The notes beneath the pieces are model-generated. The model searched no databases, was not told the origin of the DNA, and saw nothing but the letters and a program-made list of their open reading frames with translations. Both the position numbers and the translations under genes were made by a program. A stretch of 51,850 nucleotides of DNA, filler included, from Bipalium vagum (taxonomy: Eukaryota), in assembly GCA_037834085.1 (NCBI GenBank). It is 3 parts of 3 records of this genome, joined end to end, with 100 filler letters (N's around TTAATTAATTAA, not from the genome) between each part and the next. Parts side by side here need not be neighbours in the genome. Positions count along the whole stretch, not along the records: positions 18,723 to 36,213 come from JBBMKC010063385.1; positions 36,314 to 51,850 come from JBBMKC010160949.1; 1 more part is not named here. One strand, 5' to 3'. Below, piece after piece: positions 26,600 to 38,641 of this stretch (its first letter is position 1; each line of letters begins with the position of its first letter).

Positions 26600-28050
26600 A
26601 CATAGTTAAGTATTATTTAAATATATTAACAATAAATTGAGTTATCAAATTTTTATTAAACGTAAATTTATTCACCCATTCAAAATTTCTTTAGATACAA
26701 ATAAAATGAAATATTAATAAATCAATTTTATTCACAGCCAGAAAATAAATATAAAAGAAGAAATAAGAAATACACAGTTTTTATCAAACTTCGAAAAATT
26801 AAATAAGTATATAGAAGAAAAAGAATATGATTGAAAATTGGATAAAATAAAATCAATTAGACTAAATTTATTTAATTATCAAAGTTTAGTTAGATCATCA
26901 TATATAAGATTACCATTCAAATCACAATCTACAGTAAATATAAAAATAATGATTATACATGTTTCGTTTATTCTGTAATTGCTTATTTACATGTACCAGT
27001 GATTGAGTAAATAAATATGTTCCACATATAAATAAATTAAATTTAAATGATATAACCTTTCCTATGAAAAAAAAAGATATTAAAAAAATTAATAAATAAA
27101 TTAATATTTCAGTAAATATATTTGAAATTGATGAGAATAAAATAATAACATCAATTCATATAAAACATTTTATAGCTCATCTAACTATAGAAGAAATGTA
27201 TTTGGTTATTATATATTAACCATTATGTATTAAGTAAAAATATGACTATTTCATCTAATGTAAAATTAAATAGTAATCATGTGTGCTTAGATTGTTTTAA
27301 TTCTTAACGTTCAGAAAATTTATTAAAACAATATATAAGTATTTGTCAATAATTTAAAAAATCAAAAGCAACATTTCAAAACTATGAATATTGTCAATTT
27401 AATAATTATTACTTTATATTATTCTGAATTATTCAAATCAAGTTATTTTAAATTCTATGGAGAAAATGCTTTTAATGAATTTATTAAATCAATAAATGAC
27501 AATAATAATCATCTGGTAAAAAATACAAGTGATTATTATAAACATAAAATAATTATATCTGAAGAAAAAAAAATTAATTATTCAAATTCTATAAATATAT
27601 TGTCAATATTTTATATATTGACAAGAAGATTTGGAAGATGATAATGAAATCATTTTAAGTTAAAAATCATGATCATTTAAATGGAAAATAGAGTAGCACT
27701 TCCCAATAATTGTAATATAAATTATAAGTCAATTTAAAAAATTTAATTCTATTTTATTTTCATAATAGATTTGGATGAGATTTTCATTTATTTTTTAAAG
27801 AATTAATGAAAAAATCTCAAATGACATAAAATATATAATGCCCTATACAAATGAAGATTATATAACTTTTAGCTTTAAGAATATTAGATTTTTAGATTCT
27901 TTAAGAATTTGTTCAAATATTTCTGTTAAAGCTATGGGAGAAACTTTATTAAAATCTTATAAATTTTAAAATCATATGAATTAAAAGCTAAGAAATCATT
28001 TTATCCTTATGAGTATATAAAAGTTTCTAATAATAATGGAATTGATAAAT
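26600..28050 (+). pseudogene. Fossil Polinton/Maverick-type protein-primed DNA polymerase B, N-terminal/exonuclease half
   Basis: Colinear frameshifted motifs: SSYIRLP..VNIK.NDYTCFVYSVIAYLH (about 26895-26990), ITFPMK..ISVNIF, NHYVL, HVCLDCFNS, FYGENAFNEF, VKNHDHLNGK..NNCNINY (DHCHLTGKYRG..CN), FHN..G*DFH (FHNLSGYDSH), NEDYITFSF..IRFLDS, KKSFYPYEY (KGVYPYEY). I did not find the catalytic DxxSLYP or YGDTDS motifs. Confidence 0.8.
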
Positions 28051-28309
28051 AATTATTTTTAGCTGCGATATCAACAAAATCAGTCATAGTTTGAACAATA
28101 TATTTTGAATGTCTTTTTAAAACAATGATACTTAAACAAATTTTCCATTCTTAATGAATTAATACTATATATTGTGCCATTAAATATTAAATTCATTTCA
28201 ATAAAAAATATTTTAAAATAAATATTAACAGTAAATTAAAAAAATATTAAAATTAAATTTACAATAAATTAAAAATTTAAATTAGGCACAATATAAAAAT
28301 TTAAAAATT

Positions 28310-29920
28310 AGAAAAGTATCATTTGCTAAAAGAGGAAATAAAGTTCTTGGGTCATGTGGTGAGTAGAAAGGGGGTAAAGACAGACACTTCAAAGTTTGAG
28401 GGGATTAAAATTTTTGAAAGGCCGAAATGTGTAAAAGGATTGAGAAGCTTTTTAGGGATCTGTAACTATTATAGAAGATTTATAAAAAATACTCGAAAAG
28501 TTCTAGGCCCTTGAAAAGAGCGTGTGGAAAGAGTGAGAAAAAATTAATGTGATCACTTGAGATGGAAGAAGCGTTCAAGGAAATGAAAACAACATTAACA
28601 TCAAGTCCTGTATTATGTTTCCCCGATATTAAGAAGGAATTTATTCTAGATATAGATGTAAGCTTTGATTAAGTTCTTTCTCAACTGGAACGAGTGATAG
28701 CATTCGGCTCTCACACCATGAACAGCCATGAAATTGGTTACTGTATTACTCGAAAGGAATTGCTGTCCATTTATTACTTTTATTACTTTCAACATTATTT
28801 ATACTTAATGAGGTTCAGACTGAGAACGGACCATAAAGCAATCACCTTCAAGATGAGTACGATCACGTCGCAATTCTGGATTAATTACTTGAGCAGTTTT
28901 GACATTAAGTTCGAATACAGGAAGGGTTCTATGCATATGAAAGCAGATCGGTTATCTAAAGCAAGATGCGAAACATGTACTCACTGCCACTTAGCGCATA
29001 AGGAGGCTAAGAAGGGAAAGATGAAAGTCAGGATGTTGGATGCAATAGGGACAGAAGACGTTAAAGATGCAGAAAAGAACTTAATATGGCATGTTCATAG
29101 AGGGTTGGCTCATGCAGGTACTGAGAAGGTCGTGGAATATCTGAAGGAGAAACATGATATAAAGGGCTTGTGGAGTAAAGTTCGGAGGGTATTGTCAGGT
29201 TGCGAAGTGTGTCAGAGGCATAAAGTGGTTACATCAGAGACAAAAGAGGCCACAGTGAAATTAGAAGCATCTGAAATGTTTGAGAACATTTATGTCGACA
29301 TCTGCGGTTCGTTAACGGAAACCAGGAGGAAGAAAAAGTACATCCTAGGCATAATAGATCAGTACAGTAAATATATCTGTTTAACTGCGATAGCAAGGCA
29401 GGGCGAAGAGATAATTAGAGGTGATAAAAAAAGTTGAGTTTTCAAGTTTGGTAGTCCCAAGATAATCAATGTGGATTGCGAAAAAATATTTGAGTCAAAG
29501 AAGATGGCAGAGTTCGCGAAAAGTATAAATTCAGAACTACGGTTTTCAAGCCCCTACCACTACAACACTAATGGCCAGATTGAACGATAATTTAGAACTA
29601 TTAGGGAGCGACTGAGTACAGATAGAGAAGAGCAAGGAAGGATTGAGAGGAACTATTGCCAGAGGTCGAGTTTTCATTGAATGCAACAACAAAGAAGACG
29701 ACAAGAAGGAGCCCCACAGAGATTATTTTTGGCAGGCGCATAGACCGAGAAAGATGGTATCCGTCGAGAGAGAAGGTGGATAGGATGAAAGTGAAATCGA
29801 TGACGAAAAGGAATTTTGTTGTTGGTGACGAAGTCCTGGAAGAAGTTTAAACGAGGAATAAGGACCAGCAAGGAGACGAAGGTCCATATCGAATCCAAAG
29901 AAAGATACATGGAAGGTAAT
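28310..29920 (+). mobile_element. Ty3/gypsy LTR-retrotransposon pol fragment (end of RT, RNase H, zinc-binding and RVE integrase), degenerate
   Basis: IKFLGHVVS, LRSFLGICNYYRRFI, SPVLCFPD..KEFILD, YCITRKELL, LRTDHKAI, ADRLS, H..H..C..C, IYVDICG, YILGIIDQYSKY, SPYHYNTNGQIER. No LTRs seen. Confidence 0.93.
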
Positions 29921-30331
29921 GTGTTAAAATTAAAATTCATAAAATTTTGAAATTTATAAAAATTCTGAAAAATTGAAAACTATCATTACAAAATTGAATT
30001 AAATTTAAAAAATTTAAAAATTGCATTTCATCCTATAAGCTTTTAGCAAATGTAATTTCAAGTAACATAATATTGTAACATAATAAACTTTTATACTTCA
30101 AAAGGTTAAATAAAAAAAGACTGAAAATTATAAATAAAATGACTGACAAAATATTGTTGGCGCAACTCTTATCAAGCACACCTGACCTACGCTGAGGTTG
30201 CTGTGGGTCTACCTAAAAAGCTCGTTACAAAAACACAAAAACAACTATTCCAAAAATATATTAATAAAATGAGGGTAAGACCCTTTTAATTACAACAATA
30301 AACTGCAACAGGCAGTCTCAACGCAAACACC

Positions 30332-30408
30332 AAATCTTAATTAAAAGCTTAATCTTAATTAAAAGCTTAATCTTTATTAAAAGCTGTGCCAAATCTTAAT
30401 TAAAACCC
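30332..30408. repeat. Short tandem repeat, about 4 copies of AATCTTAATTAAAAGCTT (18 bp)
   Basis: Seen directly. Confidence 0.85.
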
Positions 30409-30879
30409 TGGTCAGCAAGAAAAAATTACAAGATTAAACATTACCTTTAATGCAATTTTCTGGGCGAAAAATAATGAATTTTCGCTGGCTTATATAATGT
30501 TTTACTGTTCATTTTAGCGTCTCTGATTGACTAGTTAAGCTGTCAATCATGACTTACTTTCTATATTTAATTAGAACTAAAAATAAAATAAATTTCTAAA
30601 AATTGAAAATTATAATATTATAAATACATGTTACTGACTAAAAATCAGTAGTTGATTCTATTTAAAATTTATTTTATTAAAAATTAATTATAATTTAATA
30701 ATTTTAGGATAACATGCTTCTGATTAAAAATCAGTATTTGCTCCTAAAATAATATTTAAAATTTATTTAATTAATTTTAAATTAATAATTAATAATTTAA
30801 AATTGAGATTTGGTTTTAGTTTTACAAGATTACTATTTTCGTTTGACTTATTTTTTTATACTTACTTCATTGGATTGAT

Positions 30880-31300
30880 TAAGGGTTTCGACTGCTTTGT
30901 TGGATTTTTATTGTTATAAAAATTAATTAATTGAGGTAATTTTCTGTTTTCATGTCTGTAAATGTTTTAAACATCATATTATTCAGACTTGTATTAAATC
31001 TTTCTGTTACAACAAATTTCCCCTGATTTTCGATGTTATTTTCTTTACAAAATATATAACTTCTATAAAAGTAAAGTAAAAATTTTTATTGTAAAAGTCT
31101 GTGCCTTTATCAATTTAAAGTTTTGTAGATCTTTTTTATACACTCCAAATATTTCATCAAAAACATCCCTTATATATTTTCCAGTTTTATTTTTAAGGGA
31201 ACAGCAAAATCATATTTTGTGTATAACTCAATAACTGTTAGAATTATTTTATATGATCCGGCTTCTCGTACAAATTTTAATTGCTCTTTCTAGTTTTTCT
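30880..31300 (-). pseudogene. Fossil Polinton/Maverick-type RVE integrase
   Basis: GSYKIILTVIELYTKYDFAVPLKNKTGKYIRDVFDEIF, IDKGTDFYNKNF, VTERFNTSLNNMMFKTFT, FYNNK. Compare Polinton integrase YKYILTVIDVFSKYAWAVPLKNKTG / TDKGKEFYNK / ERFNRTLK. Confidence 0.8.
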
Positions 31301-32689
31301 CATGGAGTTCGATTTTGAATTTTATTCATTTTATTTATTATTTATATTACATCGAAAACACGTCTCTTTACATAATATTTTATTGTGACTTGATCAATCC
31401 TATTTATTGAAATTTTATTTTGTTTTAGAATTAGGAGAATTTATAATTCTCCTATTTCATAATGAATAAAAAATAAAACTCTAATAAGTGAATCAAGAAA
31501 TATAAAAAGAGAAAGAGAAGCTTATTAAACTTTTACACCTTAATATATTTTAGACCAATTTGTAACTTCAAGAAAATATTTAGCTGCAATAAAAGCAGGT
31601 ATTAATGATATTGATCGTTTAATTTTTAAAATATTGAAAAAGACTGAAAGAAGAGAAAACAATGAAAAATAAACATTGCAATAAAATTAAAGATAGATGT
31701 AATTTACATTCAAATTAATGTTTTACTTATGTATAAATTTTAAAAATCTATTTTGTAAGAATTTTTATATATCAGGTGTCACATAGTTTTTCATCTTTCA
31801 GATATCAGTTTTATATAGTGTTGGGGTTTTTTATTGCCTCGACTTATTTGTTTTAATTAATAGAGCTCACCAACTTTTCAGAAAGAAGTGAATTTAATAA
31901 GAGAATTTGAAAAAAACTTATAAGCTAATCAGACCTGGGGAATTTTTTAATTATTTTAATTATTTATTTTAAATATTTTAATTATTTTAAAATATTAACA
32001 AAGTAGGAATGAAATTTCCAGGTTTGAGAAAATTTATTATAATATTATTTGTTATATCACTTAATAAATATATTCAAAAAATGTCTTCTAATTCTAATTG
32101 ATATTAACAAAACTAAAGTAACACTTTTGTTTAAAAATATGTATTTGATTTATCACAGTTTATACACAGCTCTTTATAACAATAGCACACCTTTTATTAT
32201 ATTATTATAATATTTATTTAGAAAAATTATTATTTTCACCCTTGATTGCCGAAAAATCAAGGAGTCCCTTTGTTAGAATTAGAAGTCTTACTTTAAATCC
32301 TAGAGGTTAGTAGAGTATGGTGTATAAGAAAACAGAAATTGCAAAAGGAGCAAAAGAATCGAGAATGTAAAGAAGATTTCTTTAATTGCGAGGTGTTAAA
32401 TTAAATTTCGTTTAATTATTAATTTTAATAATTTTATTATAATTTTCGTTTAATTTTTCGTTTTAATTCGTCTTTTGGTTTTTTAACTTTTTGAAAGTTA
32501 TGTTACCGTATAGTTTTGCATCTTCTCTTGATAAAAATTTTGTCTGCCTTTATGACTGAAAACAGGGGTTTATATAGTCCTATTTCCAGCCTTTGATGTT
32601 CCTGATTGGCTTAATTTTTATTTACCAATTTTATTGCAATCTTTCTAATATTGCTAGCGTTTGCTGGTGAATATTTATTTTAGGCCTTG

Positions 32690-33189
32690 ACATACTCATA
32701 TTGGATATCTTGAGTCTTTCTACGATTGATCTTGTTGCAGAATGGTAATCTTTTTTCAATTATTGATTCTATGTAATCATCATCTACTTTAGAAGACCTT
32801 CCACTGAGCTCCTTATATACCACTTTTGAACCTTAAAAACCATTGACTGGCCACAGTCTGGACAACGGTCCGTAGGTATATGAAAAAGTGGTTTATGAAT
32901 CATCTCCATAAAGAGAGCAAATCTTCTTCATTGACTCCGAATCACTTTTACCTTTCCGGTAATAAAATAATAAGATTCCTAAAATTCATTTTATTTTGTT
33001 CCATTTTAAAATAATATTAAGTAATCGAAGTTTTTAAAAATTATATCGATAATACTTTCAATTGGTTCGTTTTAACAATAGCTTTCAGAAAATGTATATA
33101 CATATACATGCTTATTCACGATTTATAATTCTCTTTGATGTTAAAAGACAATTGTTTAAAAAAGTTACGAACTATGTTACAATCTAATA
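32690..33189 (-). mobile_element. Mariner 5' fragment
   Basis: TIR-like TATTAGATTGTAACATAGTTCG; YYRKGKS..SMKKICSLYGDD, QWFLRFKSG, SGRSSKVDDDYIESIIE. Confidence 0.8.
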
Positions 33190-33257
33190 GAAAGGCAGCG
33201 ATACGTACAAACACAGATTTGTTATCTAGACCTTCACATATCCCATAACTGAGTACG

Positions 33258-33980
33258 TTTTGGGATATGTGAAGGAGAAACATGATATAAAGTTTTTGTA
33301 TAGTAAAGAACGTAGCGTATTGTCAGTGTGTGAAGCGTGCCAGTCGCGTAAAGTGGTTACATCGGCGAAAAAGGAGATCACCGTGAAATCTCAAGCATCT
33401 GTGATGCTTGAGAACATTTATGTCGACATCTCAGTTCTTTAACGGAAACCAGGAGGAAGAAGAAGTATATCATAATCATAATAAATCAATATGGTAAATG
33501 TACCTATTTAACTGCGGTAGGAAGGCAGGCCGAAGACAAGATTATAGAAGTGATAAAAAGTTTGGTGCTCAAATATGATAGTCACAAGATTGTCAATGTG
33601 AGTTGTACAAAGAAATTTTAATCCAGGTAGATGGCGGAGCTTGTAAAAAATATAAATACTGAACTATGTTTCTCAAGATTTTTCTTCACAACTCAAATGG
33701 CCATATCTAACAGCAATTTTAAACAATTTGGGAGAGACTAAAAGCAGCGAGAGAAGAGCAAGGAAGAAAGGATTTGGAGGAACTGTTTTTGGATGTCAAC
33801 TTTTCATTGAGTGCAACAACCCAGAAGACAACGAGAAGGACCCGTGGAGATTTAGTTTTGGAAGACCGATAAAGATGTTACTGTCGAGAGTGGAGGTGGA
33901 TGAGACAGAAGTGAGATCGAGCACGAAAATAAATTTTGAAGTCAATAACGGCTTCCTGGTCCAATGTGCTAAGATGAAAT
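33258..33980 (+). mobile_element. Second, more decayed Ty3/gypsy integrase fragment of the same family as 28310-29920
   Basis: Aligns by eye to about 29135-29850 (YVKEKHDIK vs YLKEKHDIK; shared TTGAGAACATTTATGTCGACATCT and TAACGGAAACCAGGAGGAAGAA). Confidence 0.88.
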
Positions 33981-34309
33981 AAACCAAATATTTATAATTG
34001 ATATTCTTTATATTTACTATATAATATGATTTAAATGGAAACTTTATATATGAAGATCCTACTAAAGATTTATATGAATTTAAATCTACTTGATTGTATT
34101 TATATTTTTAAAATTCCATTCCTAGAAATTTATTTCTTCTAAATATATTCATTTAACTTTAAAATATTAAACTTAATGTTTGTCTTATTTCCTTTTCACT
34201 TGTTTTTACAATTGGCTTTAAATAAAATGAGAAATCCTCATTTTTATCATATTTATCATATTTAGAACTTAATATTATTATAATTTTAAATTTTTTATTA
34301 CTTTCAAGA

Positions 34310-35300
34310 TACCGTGTTTTTCCTATTATAAGCGGCCGCTTATATTATTTTCCGATGAAAAAATTTGGCTTCCGCTTATACATGTATTTGAAGGACCGCT
34401 TTTTTCAAAAGATACAGAAATCTTAATTTAACAGTTGAATCGTGCTCTTCATCGACATCTTCAAAAATCAAGATTTTGAACTCTTTCTATTAATTCCTGT
34501 GAATTAAGTTTATCTTTGATAAGTGATTCTAATTTCTCATTTTTTCCTACGAAACTTTCATTGAATGAAACCGAAATGTCCAGATAGGCAGCCTTCAAAG
34601 TTTTTTTTGACAGTTATATTTATTTTATCCCAGGTATTTCTAACTCACTTGACTATTTCTTATAGATTCGATTTTAGAAAGTTATTTTTTCATTTATCAT
34701 CATTTTCTTCTCAATATACTCATTGATTTACAATCTAAAATTGTCCTTATATGGCTTATTTATCACCAAATCTAAACTTTGAAGATACCCTGTAATTCTA
34801 GGTGGTATCATTATTCGATCAACCTATCTCTCTTTAAGAAAATTTTTCATATCATTGATACGATGAATGCTGACTGAATCCCGTATAAGTAAACCTTTTC
34901 TATTGCCTCTCAAAACCATTGGCAACATTAGGTCAATCCATTTACTAATTGCTGCTTGGGTACTCCATGCCTTTTCTGTTTCCAGAATGTACACACCAGA
35001 CAACTGCTCAATTTTATTTTTCTTTCCTTTAATAATAATAAAAGGCTCTGACTTTGGTCCATCCAAAAGAAGTGCAAGAATACAGGTAAACCTCTGGCTT
35101 CCATAATCTGTTGATTGATGATGTCCCACGAATGTCTACCATAAATACAGCTGTCTCATCAATTGCAATCATATACGACAATTGGTATTTCTGAAAATCA
35201 ATATTATCGACAAATCTCTTATATACATCATTGTGTCAAAACAATTTCATTATCCTTTAACTTAAAAAGAGAAGTTCCCTTTCAAAAAGATAATTCATTT
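34310..35300 (-). mobile_element. pogo/Tc2-like DDE_1 transposon remnant
   Basis: Terminus TA+CCGTGTTTTTCCTATTATAAGCGG; MIAIDETAVF, RFTCILA, KAWS, LLIRDSVSIH, IPPRITGYLQSLDLVINKPYK. Confidence 0.85.
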
Positions 35301-36213
35301 ATTACTCTTAAGATTTAAAATATAAAAAGAATTTTCACTGTCAGTGACTACAAGGTAAACCTAAAATTTTATTTTTTTCTTTTCAATTTAATTTTTAATT
35401 AATTATTCTTGCACTTTTCTTTCACTTATTAGGCATCCAGTTTCTTTTTTTAATATGATTTTAATTACTTGTTGAGTTAAATTTAGTGAAGCAGATAATT
35501 GTTATTGCGCTTGATTTCAATAGTTCGTCAGGGTTTTCCATGAAACATACTTTTGCAGAAAAATATTCTTATGAAACTATATAAAGCAAACTTTTATTTA
35601 TTTTATAGATTAAACGTTTAATTTACTGGGTTTTTCAAAGTTATAGTTATATCACTTCATATTTATATTTACAAAGACAAGGTTTTCACTAAAAAAAAAG
35701 TAACAGGAAATCAACACAAAAATTTCTTTATTCAAGTTATATTTTTATGTATTCATTTTAAATAATTCAAAATCAAAGCAATAATAATATATTTCGTTAA
35801 ATCCGATCACTCAAACAAACTTATCAAACTTGGACCTCACCTTTTTTTAAAATTAAATTATTTACTTTTATAAAATTTACGAAAATTTATTTTATATATT
35901 TAAAGAAACCGTAACATTATAATTTTTTAAAACTTTAAATTAAAAACATTTAATAATTGTTAATTTAGACGTGAGATCCTTATTTTTAAAAATTTAAGCA
36001 AACTAATTGTTCGAATCACTCCTTATAATTCACACTGGCGCTACCACACCCCCAGAAATTCAGAATGATACGATAGTTTACCTATCTTAATGCATCTATG
36101 GACTCTTCAATACTCAAACTCCAATGATGACTGATATGTGGAGATCATCAACCAAGAAGAGGAAGGAATGAGGCTTGGAAAGGCTTGCAGTATCACCGAA
36201 CATTGTTATGACT

Positions 36214-36313
36214 NNNNNNNNNNNNNNNNNNNNNNNNNNNNNNNNNNNNNNNNNNNNTTAATTAATTAANNNNNNNNNNNNNNNNNNNNNNNNNNNNNNN
36301 NNNNNNNNNNNNN
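36214..36313. other. Artificial contig spacer N44-TTAATTAATTAA-N44
   Basis: Identical 100-nt construct to 18623-18722. Confidence 0.95.
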
Positions 36314-36474
36314 GAGACTGAACTGTAAATGGAATTTGATACGCTAAATACATTATATCTGTATGACGTCATATACATGTTACATAATATTTATACTTCG
36401 ATTTAACGAAACTTTGATATAGCGAAGTAATTTGATCGGTCCCTTGAAATTCGTTATATCGAGACTGAACTGTA
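36314..36474. mobile_element. Tigger-like transposon/MITE end(s)
   Basis: Reverse complement TACAGTTCAGTCTCGATATAACGAATTTCAAGGGACCG with repeated subterminal CGATATAACG-like motifs. GAGACTGAACTGTA occurs twice (36314-36327 and 36461-36474). Confidence 0.7.
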
Positions 36475-38641
36475 TAGGCTTAGAATTCAGAATTAAATCA
36501 CTCTTCGACAAAGATTTTTCTTAAAATCTTAAGAATTCACAAACAATTTAGTGAGCTTTGTCGCGAGAGACTACCAGGTATATTTTTTTCTTAGCCAGGT
36601 TAATACTTGAATAATAATTTCTTAACCTTATTTTCCTTTTAATATAATGAGAAAACGTACTTCAATGAATTTTTCTTTTGTCTTTAGTTCCTGTTAGCAT
36701 GAGCTCAAAATTATTATTTGTTGATTCCAAATTCTAATTGATATTTCTATTGTAATAGTAATAGTACGTTTAGTTATTTTCACATTGTTATTTTTAAATT
36801 TCAATGTAAGAACTACTCAACAGGAACTTATAAGGATATTTGTTGAATTAAGTGATACTTATTATGTTATTTCTATTATTATTAACATGCTTTCATGTGA
36901 TAACTGTAGAAAAATCTCTTTCTCATTTGTATAGTACTCAGTTCTATTTCCAGGAAATAAAGTAACAATAAATTATCCAAAATTGATAAATTAAGAATAA
37001 ACTAACTTCTAGGGGATAGAAATCTTGAAATAATTGTAATTTAAAAACAAATTATTGCAGGTCTAACAAAAACAACGTAAAATATTATTGGAAAGTGTAG
37101 TATAAATATAAATATCATCTCAGAACGCCTTAAAAGAATGTTGAAAAAATATTTTACCTTATGAAATGGAGGGGGGGGGGTAGTAACAGAAAACAATTAA
37201 ATCTGTATACAAAAATTCTTAGCCTTGGTAAGGTATTATGTATAAAAAATCAGATATTTTGTCCATTCAATGTTGATTGGTGTTTATAATAATAATATTA
37301 ATAAGTCCAAAAACCAATAGAAAAATGTTTTTAAAAAATTAAATTGAAATAAATTTTTAATTAAAAATTATGCTCACTATTAATTTCATCCCCATAATAA
37401 TAAATGCAAGTTTTCTTTTCAAGTGAATAAAAGAATTCTTATAATTGATTTAAAAATATAATGCAATATCGTGATTCAACGAGATAAAATAATAATAATA
37501 ATAATTTATGTTGCAAGAGAGGATAGAAACTATTATAATTTATATTAAAATGATAACTTTAAAAATTTTTATTGTTGATATTATTTACATCTTTTCAGAA
37601 AGTCCAGATGAATTTACAAAATAGGAACTCTAATGTATATTGACTGGATATCTGTGAAATCTACATTTATAATAATATCAAATAAAATTTTATTTAGCTA
37701 TCATATTTTTTGCATTGGAAGCTTTCTGTGACCCTGTTTACAATCAATTTAAATAATATTTATCATCCATAACAAATTAAAATTGAAAGAAAAATGATTA
37801 AGAAAACAAGCAGCTGAAGATATGATGCACATGATAATCTGTGTTTGTTAAATATAAAAAGAAAATAAATTGCATATTTACTTAATCAAGTCTATCTAAA
37901 TTTTTAACTGATTCGAAATTCATAATTTTTCTTGCACATTGGAACTGTTAATATTTATATTAACCAAAATAAAATTTCTGACTAATTTCACAAAATGTGG
38001 TTAGATTTAGAAATAACTTTATTAACAAAAGTTCATGAAATAATACACTAGTCTTTATTTTTATGATACAAATAATTATGCGATAAATGTCAATAAGACT
38101 CAAAACTAAAACACAGTTAACAAATAGTAGCCAATGATTTCCGAGTCGTAATCCAAAGAATCTATCACGACAAAAATATAAAATGCCAATAAGTTTCTGC
38201 CCACACTCTTCGTATACCTGATTTACTATACTGCAAAAAAAACTAAAGGTAACTAATCCACATGAATCACTTTTTGAGCTATCGTTAAATTTTTGCTTAT
38301 TTCTGATTAAAACTTTTCTTAGTGTTCTCTTTATCATTTTGATAAACGTGTTTTGTTAATGTTAAAATTAAATAGTGATTCTTGCAACTAAAAATAAAAT
38401 TATTTAATTTAAACATTTACTAAGAGATTTGTAAATTGTAATTTCCTTTGTGAATCTTAAGTGCATATTTTTATTTATATTTAATATCTGAAAGAACCAT
38501 GTGAACAAAATACAAATCATAAAAAATATCAAGACGTAATATCCATAAAAATTTATTCAAAAAATTAAATAATAAAAATATAATAATAATAATTCAAATG
38601 TTTGTTTGAAAGAAGTCAAAATTTTGAGCAAATGATAATTT

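Noticed and set aside
30332-30408. 18-bp repeats as a CRISPR-like array
   Set aside because: Head-to-tail with no unique spacers, eukaryotic context, and no cas genes.
36030-36213. TGGCGCTACC as an LTR primer-binding site followed by a gag-like start
   Set aside because: No identifiable LTR or sustained ORF, and the sequence is cut by the contig join.
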